Source of the DNA: a virus
Lineage: Duplodnaviria; Caudoviricetes
Length of the DNA stretch: 50,145 nt
IMG/VR virus record: IMGVR_UViG_3300006224_000001
Span: 1 to 50,145 of that record
Strand: one strand, 5' to 3'
Shown: positions 43,957-50,145 of the stretch, in pieces
How the letters are laid out: every line of letters starts with the position of its first letter
Numbering within the stretch: position 1 is the stretch's first letter
Program-made: the position numbers and the translations under genes
The notes under the pieces: model-generated
The model's database searches: none
Told to the model about the DNA's origin: nothing
The model's input: the letters and a program-made list of their open reading frames with translations, nothing else

Positions 43957-46029
43957 ATGGCTGACATAACCGTAAAATTCGACGATGGCAAAGAGCATGT
44001 TTATACCAACGTGCCGGATACCGTTACGCCTGACCAAATCGAACAAAGAGCGATGCAAGACTTTCAAGGTGCAAAAATATCTCATCTTGCACGGTCTATT
44101 CAGCCAAAAACAGAAACACCGGGGCGAGTGTTTCAACAAACAACCCCAATCCATGAAGGAATGACGCATTTTACTTCTATAAGCGGCGGAGGAGGTTTGG
44201 TTTCTCCACTAGAAGAAGAAATGCGCGCACTTCATCCTGCTACTCGCGCAATGGTCGGTGCTGGTTCTGCATTGGCTAAAGGCTATCTTGGCGGAAAACA
44301 ACTTTTAACTGGAAGCTTGTCTCCAGAAGAACAAGCCAATGTTAGGGACTGGAGCACAATCGAGAGAGAGGCTCCAGCAGGAGCACTTGCGGGGAACGTC
44401 GCTTTAGCTGCTGCGCTTCCATCTAGTACGGTTCCTAGAATGCTTGCCTCTGGCGCTGGCTATATGGCGCTACAACCGACCGAACAACAAGGACTGGAAG
44501 GTTATAAGCAAAGAGGAATTGAAGCCGCCAAAGGGGTAGGATTGGGCTTGCTTGGGTATAGTGGCGCGAAATTATTTGGTAAGGCATTAAATCCATCCGT
44601 GAAAATTTTGCCTGAAAAAATATCTAAATTCATCCCCGGATATGAAAACAGATTAACCGCCTTGGCCGCTAAACAAGGCGATACTGCCGAAGAGCTGGCG
44701 CGATTAGAAACGCTTAAAAAACTTCCTGTGCCTATCACGGAAGAGGACATTATTCGCTCACAGATTACTCGAAAGTATCCTCAACAAGAAGCAGAAAGAC
44801 TTGTTGCAGGTCAGCCTATTATCGGCTCTGACTTGGCAAATCGTCTTGCTAGAGGGCAAGAAAAGATGTTGCAAAACATTGACGCCCTTGCTGCTCAGAC
44901 TGGAGCTAAAGCTCCCACTCCAGAAATTGCCGGGGAAACGGTTAGATCATGGGCGCAAAATATCTATGGCGCTGCCAAAGCAGATACCCAAGCCGCATAC
45001 AAATACGCCAAAGAATTGCACGGTGACAAGCTGTATATGCCGGAGGATGATATTGTCTCTACGCTGGTAGAAAATCGCGCCATGCCTGGATACAAAGAAT
45101 TGTTCTCACAAGCAAAGAATATGGGCTTGATTACAGAAAAAGCCGATGGCGGATTTAAAGCCGGAAGGGTGACTGTAAACACTTTGGATAAATTCAAGGT
45201 AATGGCGAATCAAGTCGCCCAATCGTCGGACGGTACGGCTCGATATGCTGGTGGCGATTTGGTGAATAAAATTTACAATCAGCTTGATAATGTAGCCCCT
45301 GAATTCAGAGCGGCAGCGGCAATGCGCAAACGTCAAGGCCAAATGTTTGAAGACCCAACAGTAACACAAAAAATTCTAGGAACTGTCGAGGGTGGATTTG
45401 GTAAGGCGGAACAGCAAGTAGGCGGGATTACAATCCCAAACTATCGCGTACCTTCTGAAAAGTTAATCAGTAATATCACAAACGGGAGCATTGAGGATTT
45501 GCGGTACATTAAAAAACTTGCCGAAACTGGTACGCCTGAACAGGCAGCACAAGGCGCACAAGCAATCAAAGAAATGCGCGGAGCCGTTATTGATGGAATG
45601 AGAAATACGTGGGATACGACTGTTACCCCAATGGCGAAGGCAAACCAGCTTAACAAGTATTTTGACAAACTTGGGAATGATAAGATTGAAATTCTATTTG
45701 GCAAAGCTGGCGCTAATCAAATTTCTGACTTTAGAAAAGCTGCGGATATTCTGAATAAAACCGTGCCCTCTCCCGAAGGTGGTTCACAGACTGCTGGACG
45801 TTTGATGATTATGGGGAACTCTATCATTAACTTGTTGGAGAGAATCCCTATTGCTGGTTCTGGTGCGGTAAAGACAGCAAGAATTTTGAAAGACGTAGGT
45901 ACTGCAAGTGCAGCGAAGAAAATCCCGCAAGCCGCAAAACCGATAAGCGAATTACGCAAAAAGACGGGAAACAAATTATCTGATTTGGCTGGATATGCTG
46001 GTATGGCTACCGTAGGGGCTAACCAATGA
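43957..46029 (+). CDS. DNA ejection protein (gp16-like position)
   Basis: ITV.FDDG..HVY.NVPD N-terminus; large A/G-rich helical protein, third in the ejection cluster. Confidence 0.72.
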   Translation: MADITVKFDDGKEHVYTNVPDTVTPDQIEQRAMQDFQGAKISHLARSIQPKTETPGRVFQQTTPIHEGMTHFTSISGGGGLVSPLEEEMRALHPATRAMVGAGSALAKGYLGGKQLLTGSLSPEEQANVRDWSTIEREAPAGALAGNVALAAALPSSTVPRMLASGAGYMALQPTEQQGLEGYKQRGIEAAKGVGLGLLGYSGAKLFGKALNPSVKILPEKISKFIPGYENRLTALAAKQGDTAEELARLETLKKLPVPITEEDIIRSQITRKYPQQEAERLVAGQPIIGSDLANRLARGQEKMLQNIDALAAQTGAKAPTPEIAGETVRSWAQNIYGAAKADTQAAYKYAKELHGDKLYMPEDDIVSTLVENRAMPGYKELFSQAKNMGLITEKADGGFKAGRVTVNTLDKFKVMANQVAQSSDGTARYAGGDLVNKIYNQLDNVAPEFRAAAAMRKRQGQMFEDPTVTQKILGTVEGGFGKAEQQVGGITIPNYRVPSEKLISNITNGSIEDLRYIKKLAETGTPEQAAQGAQAIKEMRGAVIDGMRNTWDTTVTPMAKANQLNKYFDKLGNDKIEILFGKAGANQISDFRKAADILNKTVPSPEGGSQTAGRLMIMGNSIINLLERIPIAGSGAVKTARILKDVGTASAAKKIPQAAKPISELRKKTGNKLSDLAGYAGMATVGANQ

Positions 46030-46105
46030 GCGCCGCTGCATGGGCAATAATCATCAAGCCATTTTTGTTATTGGCGATTGCAATCATTAAGACAAAGTTT
46101 AAAGC

Positions 46106-46606
46106 ATGAGCATATCTCCCCCGCCCTATCGAGACAAAGACCTAACTGGCCAGTCATGGCAGAAATGGTTTGCATCTATTACGGATGCACTGAAAACTAC
46201 AGCTGCAACGTTGACTTCGTGGTCGTCAGTTAATAAATCAGGTTCTAACCTTACTGATATTGAAACCAGACGGCATGATGACTTACAGAATCTAAATACT
46301 CCAACACACACCCATCTAACAGCTAGTCAATATACTGAATTGACAGGTGGAGGTTCAACATCTTTGCACGGTCACAGCATGAGCGGAACGATTGGCGCTC
46401 CAGGGCAGGACGGACAAGATGGAGAGGATGGATTAACAATCCCCGGCGCTGCCGGTAAAGATGGTGCTAATGGCTCAATCGGCCCCGCAGGAAATGATGG
46501 GGATGATGGGGAAATGGGATACATCATGCTTAACCCAACCGTGATAGCTGGAGGAAGCGGACTAACTCACCCTCAAGTATTATCAAGAGTTTCATTTAGA
46601 ATTTAA
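46106..46606 (+). CDS. Virion protein with collagen-like Gly-X-Y repeats
   Basis: WQKWF N-terminus; GAPGQDGQDGEDG and GAAGKDGANGSIGPAGNDGDDGEMG. Confidence 0.7.
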   Translation: MSISPPPYRDKDLTGQSWQKWFASITDALKTTAATLTSWSSVNKSGSNLTDIETRRHDDLQNLNTPTHTHLTASQYTELTGGGSTSLHGHSMSGTIGAPGQDGQDGEDGLTIPGAAGKDGANGSIGPAGNDGDDGEMGYIMLNPTVIAGGSGLTHPQVLSRVSFRI

Positions 46607-46617
46607 GGAGAATAATT

Positions 46618-46992
46618 ATGGCCGGTAATAAAATAATACGGTTTGGCCCTGTGGCAATGAGCGCCACTCTCACAACTAATATCATCAATCCGGCCGTAAC
46701 GTCATTGGCTGGCCCTGTGGGGTTTACCATGACACAACCTTATTTGATTATTCGTCATATAAGAATTGTGAACAAAACAGCAGGAGCTGTTACATTTTCA
46801 CTTTGGTTAGGTGCTACAGGTGGTAATGCTGCTGGTACGGAAGTAGTAGGAACTGGTAAAAGCATTGCCGCTAATGACGCTTATGATTGGTATGGTCAAA
46901 TGCGTTTGGATGCTGCTGACTTTTTGGTCGGCGGGGCTAGTGCGGGAACATCATTAACCTTCAGCGCAGAAGGTGAGATTGGATTGGCATGA
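46618..46992 (+). CDS. Putative small tail/fibre-associated protein
   Basis: IRHIRIVN.T....TF.L..GATG beta-sandwich pattern; AAGGAG RBS. Confidence 0.65.
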   Translation: MAGNKIIRFGPVAMSATLTTNIINPAVTSLAGPVGFTMTQPYLIIRHIRIVNKTAGAVTFSLWLGATGGNAAGTEVVGTGKSIAANDAYDWYGQMRLDAADFLVGGASAGTSLTFSAEGEIGLA

Positions 46993-48167
46993 TACTGGAT
47001 AATGTAAATCGTAAGTTGCAGGTGGTTCTAACGGCGGCAAAGACAACGTTAGACATGCCTGTGATTATTGATTATGTGGATAACACCTCAACTACTTTTA
47101 CGCCTGGAACTTACCCATCTAATACAAATGGAGTTACGTTAGTTGATATTCTTCCTGCTCCTGCTGCTTCTACGCAGAGAAAAGTAAATTCAATCTCAAT
47201 TTATAATTACGACACAGCGGCTAAAGTTGTCAGAGTTTATCTGAATGATAATGGTACTTCATATCAGATATTGGATTTAACTTTACAGATTGACGATACA
47301 CTTTGCTACACAGATACGCAGGGATGGTATGCAATAGATTCGAGCGGTAATTTGAAATCTGTCCAAGCTGCATCGGCAACATCAATAGCAAATGCGATAA
47401 GTTCATCTGCGGAAAAAGCTATTCCGGTTGGAGCAGATAAAGTTGGAATTGTTAATAGTGTTACAGGATTACTGAACTGGTCATCATTCACTGATATGTT
47501 GAGTTGGTTTGCTTCACTGACTTCCGTGGCAGGCTACCCATCAATAGCCTCTCACGCCACCACAATGGACATATTCGCCGCTGCTGGTGCGACTGTGGGC
47601 GTGTCTGGAACGGTAACGGTAACAGCCATCCCAAACTGTACATCAGATCAAGTCGGTTCAGCCAAGACCATTATCCCATCAGACGCTGCCGGTTTCAGCA
47701 TCACCGCTTCTGCGAGTCTTGAAGTAGATGGCGCAACATCTGGCACGTATCTAATGCCACAGAAGGCGCTTATTGAATTCAGAGCCACAAGTGTAAGCAC
47801 GTTTAAGATTACGACGATTTCTGCCTATGCTACTGGTTCGTGTGCTGTTACGGCTGGGTCAGGTTCATTTACTACTGTATCGGGCTCATACGAATACACA
47901 AAGACGAACCGATCTGTGCTGATGCGGGTTAAAGTGACAATAACAACAAATGGAACTGCTGCAAGTGTTGTATTGGTGGCACTGCCATTAACTAATAAAT
48001 CAAGTGGTTTTGCGTGTGGAGTTGGAGTTGAAACAGCCGTAACAGGTACGGCAAATAGATGTTCAATAGCTGGAGGATCTTCTAGTCTTGGAATATTAAC
48101 TGACGCTGGAGCATATCCTGGTGCAAATGGATATATATTGGAAGAAACTATTTCTTTCTTAGTTTGA
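46989..48167 (+). CDS. Putative tail fibre/receptor-binding protein
   Basis: N-terminal ~125 aa paralogous to 25722; C-terminal G.Y.YTK....V...V.......LP fibre-tip pattern. Confidence 0.7.
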   Translation: MILDNVNRKLQVVLTAAKTTLDMPVIIDYVDNTSTTFTPGTYPSNTNGVTLVDILPAPAASTQRKVNSISIYNYDTAAKVVRVYLNDNGTSYQILDLTLQIDDTLCYTDTQGWYAIDSSGNLKSVQAASATSIANAISSSAEKAIPVGADKVGIVNSVTGLLNWSSFTDMLSWFASLTSVAGYPSIASHATTMDIFAAAGATVGVSGTVTVTAIPNCTSDQVGSAKTIIPSDAAGFSITASASLEVDGATSGTYLMPQKALIEFRATSVSTFKITTISAYATGSCAVTAGSGSFTTVSGSYEYTKTNRSVLMRVKVTITTNGTAASVVLVALPLTNKSSGFACGVGVETAVTGTANRCSIAGGSSSLGILTDAGAYPGANGYILEETISFLV

Positions 48168-48170
48168 TAT

Positions 48171-48686
48171 ATGAAAATCCTTCTCTTCATCATCTGCGCA
48201 ATACCAAGCTGGATACTCACACTATCCGCGTATGTGCTTGCTCCTGCAATCGCTTGGTTTGTTGATGCAGATGGTAATCTTCCGTGGTGGTTACGCTATT
48301 ACCAAACACCCGACGCCCCATGCTGGGGAGCTGATTTCTGGAAGCGAGATAATCCAAATTACACGCAATATGAATTGATCGTTTCATGGCTATGGAGAAA
48401 TCCGGCACAAGGATTCGACCAATCCGTCAGGGCAAAAGTGACAAATAATTCTCCGGTGGCTGTTAAAGGAAATCTTGAAATCAAAGATACTCCGCCGTCA
48501 ATTGGAGGGTGCTTTCTGATTACCTGCTGTGGATACTTTCAGCTGTCGATGATCTGGACGACAAAATACATTACGTTTGTTTCACATTGGGGATGGAACC
48601 TTGAGCCGATTGCAAAAGGATATACACATCAAACTTTAGGAGCTTTGAAGGCTACACCGTTGCGGTTTTACATAGGGGAAAAATGA
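48171..48686 (+). CDS. Conserved-type phage membrane-associated protein
   Basis: Hydrophobic N-terminus, LP.WL...QTPD and WLWRNPA.GF motifs. Confidence 0.7.
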   Translation: MKILLFIICAIPSWILTLSAYVLAPAIAWFVDADGNLPWWLRYYQTPDAPCWGADFWKRDNPNYTQYELIVSWLWRNPAQGFDQSVRAKVTNNSPVAVKGNLEIKDTPPSIGGCFLITCCGYFQLSMIWTTKYITFVSHWGWNLEPIAKGYTHQTLGALKATPLRFYIGEK

Positions 48687-48687
48687 A

Positions 48688-48915
48688 ATGGATGAATTGA
48701 ATATGCTGAGTGTTTTAATGAGCGTAATTGGTGGATTAGTTGTAATCCTTACCGCTGTTATAGGCTGGATAGGTTCAAGGATTCATTCAAGACTTGATTC
48801 TATTGCATCGTCATTGACTTCAATAGAAAAAGACTTGCGTGGCGATCTGACAAATCTTGATAGGCGTTTGGTCGCTATTGAGACTAAACAAAGCATTGAA
48901 GAGAAAGATAGATAA
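48688..48915 (+). CDS. Single-TM coiled-coil protein (holin/antiholin-like)
   Basis: N-terminal TM plus coiled coil ending RL..IE; directly before the endolysin candidate. Confidence 0.6.
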   Translation: MDELNMLSVLMSVIGGLVVILTAVIGWIGSRIHSRLDSIASSLTSIEKDLRGDLTNLDRRLVAIETKQSIEEKDR

Positions 48916-49358
48916 TGAAAATTTTACAGAAGCGATATTTATTCGGAGATGAATTTACTTTATCGCGTTTGTTCATTGATGGAGAATGGTTCAAAGGATG
49001 TCCGTACATTCTTGAGGATACTGTGCGCGAAACAGAAGGAATGCCGGTAGAACAATGGAAGGTTAAATGTGAAACCGCAATTCCTGTTGGAACATACCTT
49101 GTAGAAAAGACATGGAGCGGACGTTGGTCGAAGATGATGTGGGAGATTCTTGATATTCCAGGATTCTCAGGAGTTCGCCCTCATTCTGGAAACACTTCCC
49201 ATGACACAGAAGGATGCCCAATAACTGGCAAGGAGCGCGACGAAAAGAATGGCGAGGTGTCTGGTAGTAGGGTGGCTCGTGATGCGCTGTATGAGCGTAT
49301 GGAACAGGCCGTAGCACATGGAGAGACTATTACTTGGAGCGTGGAGGGCTTAAAATGA
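48915..49358 (+). CDS. Putative endolysin (DUF5675-like)
   Basis: T...L.IDG...C..LED, ETAIP.G.Y and PGF.G.R.H.GN...DTEGC motifs. Confidence 0.82.
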   Translation: MKILQKRYLFGDEFTLSRLFIDGEWFKGCPYILEDTVRETEGMPVEQWKVKCETAIPVGTYLVEKTWSGRWSKMMWEILDIPGFSGVRPHSGNTSHDTEGCPITGKERDEKNGEVSGSRVARDALYERMEQAVAHGETITWSVEGLK

Positions 49359-49558
49359 ACAAATGGCTGAACAGAATCATCAGAAGCAAAACCATGCTTG
49401 TATTCTTGCTGATTGACGTGATCGGCATAGTCCAGGTTAACGCTGATTTCCTGTCAACCTTAATGACGCCTAAACAGTTTGGCTGGTTCATCATTGGAAT
49501 CGCCGTGGTGGGTAAGGTTCTCAGGCTTGTAACCACTACGGACATTAAAGACAAATGA
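49355..49558 (+). CDS. Putative two-TM holin
   Basis: RSKT...two hydrophobic helices...LR.VTT motif in the lysis cassette. Confidence 0.75.
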   Translation: MNKWLNRIIRSKTMLVFLLIDVIGIVQVNADFLSTLMTPKQFGWFIIGIAVVGKVLRLVTTTDIKDK

Positions 49559-49983
49559 ATTACCTATACGCATTTATAGCATTATTGCTCATTATCTTTG
49601 GTGCAGAGCAATGGGGGGAACATCGTATACAGGTAGAATGGGATAAGGATGTAGCTATACGCCAAGCTCTGCACGAAAAAACAAAACAGGAAAACAAGGA
49701 GTCACTTGATGCAAACAAAAAACAGTATGAAAAAGACAAACGCGCAGCAATGTCTCAAGCTGGCCGGGATGCTGTTAATCGCTACATTCGTGAGCGGATG
49801 CTGCAATCATGTCCCGGAAATGTACCGGCTGAAGGTAAGCAAGGAACTAATGGAGCCACCGAAGAACCAGGAACTAGCACTGCGCTTGAGAGCTTCGCAA
49901 GAGACTGCGCCAGTGACGCCCTCCAAGTAATTCGATGGCAGGAGATGTGCAAGGCTAATCGGTGTGAGATCGAATTACCGTAG
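49555..49983 (+). CDS. i-spanin (Rz-like)
   Basis: N-terminal TM followed by a periplasmic coiled coil. Confidence 0.78.
   Translation: MNYLYAFIALLLIIFGAEQWGEHRIQVEWDKDVAIRQALHEKTKQENKESLDANKKQYEKDKRAAMSQAGRDAVNRYIRERMLQSCPGNVPAEGKQGTNGATEEPGTSTALESFARDCASDALQVIRWQEMCKANRCEIELP
49727..49930 (+). CDS. o-spanin lipoprotein (Rz1-like), embedded in the +1 frame
   Basis: MKK...LLIATFVSG|C lipobox and ELMEPP proline motif; fully nested in the Rz-like gene. Confidence 0.75.
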   Translation: MKKTNAQQCLKLAGMLLIATFVSGCCNHVPEMYRLKVSKELMEPPKNQELALRLRASQETAPVTPSK

Positions 49984-50025
49984 ATTCGTCGCCCGTTCAA
50001 TATCCGACTCAGGGTTTTCCTTTGC

Positions 50026-50145
50026 GTTTCGGATTGCGTCTGCACAGTCTGCGGCGTCACCAACGAATTCAAGATGACTGGCAGCTATATAGTCGCAAAC
50101 CCGCGCATCCTTATCTTTCTGCCAATCACAGCAGGCTTGGGCGAA
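50026..50145. repeat. Terminal direct repeat, copy 2 (identical to 1-120)
   Basis: Exact match to the start of the window. Confidence 0.97.

Noticed and set aside
46989-48167. Diversity-generating retroelement or invertase-based fibre switching
   Set aside because: No reverse transcriptase, invertase or near-identical TR/VR pair was seen; similarity to 25722 is diverged and N-terminal.
50026-50145. 120-bp terminal repeat as a physical DTR or att site
   Set aside because: It falls inside an ORF that reads across the join and looks like an assembler overlap. P22-like phages are usually headful packagers with circularly permuted genomes.

Overview
This window appears to be a complete, circularly assembled tailed-phage genome of about 50,025 bp. 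Positions 1-120 are identical to 50026-50145, and an 86-aa minus-strand ORF reads straight across the join. The layout is lambdoid/P22-like. A leftward early arm (1-8700) carries ERF recombinase, a SpoVG-like SSB, two HNH genes and many small ORFs. It is followed by a divergent promoter region with a Cro-like gene but no recognisable CI, integrase or Q, then a replication initiator with 11-bp iterons, and a nin-like accessory arm (methyltransferase-like, NinB, solo TnpB, NinG, sulfotransferase-like, Ro60, SPFH, pilin-like, two tRNAs). A P22-type podovirus morphogenesis block and a holin/endolysin/spanin cassette complete it. The most notable signal is a Ro60/TROVE gene preceded by a consensus sigma70 promoter and three tandem Y-RNA-like hairpins that share a TGGYGTA...GYTTGTTCC motif with covarying stems; the first contains a circularly permuted tRNA-like domain. 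Second, a covarying RNA hairpin overlaps the Shine-Dalgarno of five virion genes, and at four of these loci it co-occurs with an ATTAG-N6-CTAAT DNA palindrome. Third, the gp10-like tail protein contains nested domain insertions. Other structured RNAs include a cloverleaf at 7.5 kb, a pseudoknot leader on an HNH gene and an anti-SD hairpin. All family calls come from motif recognition by eye; no database searches were run.
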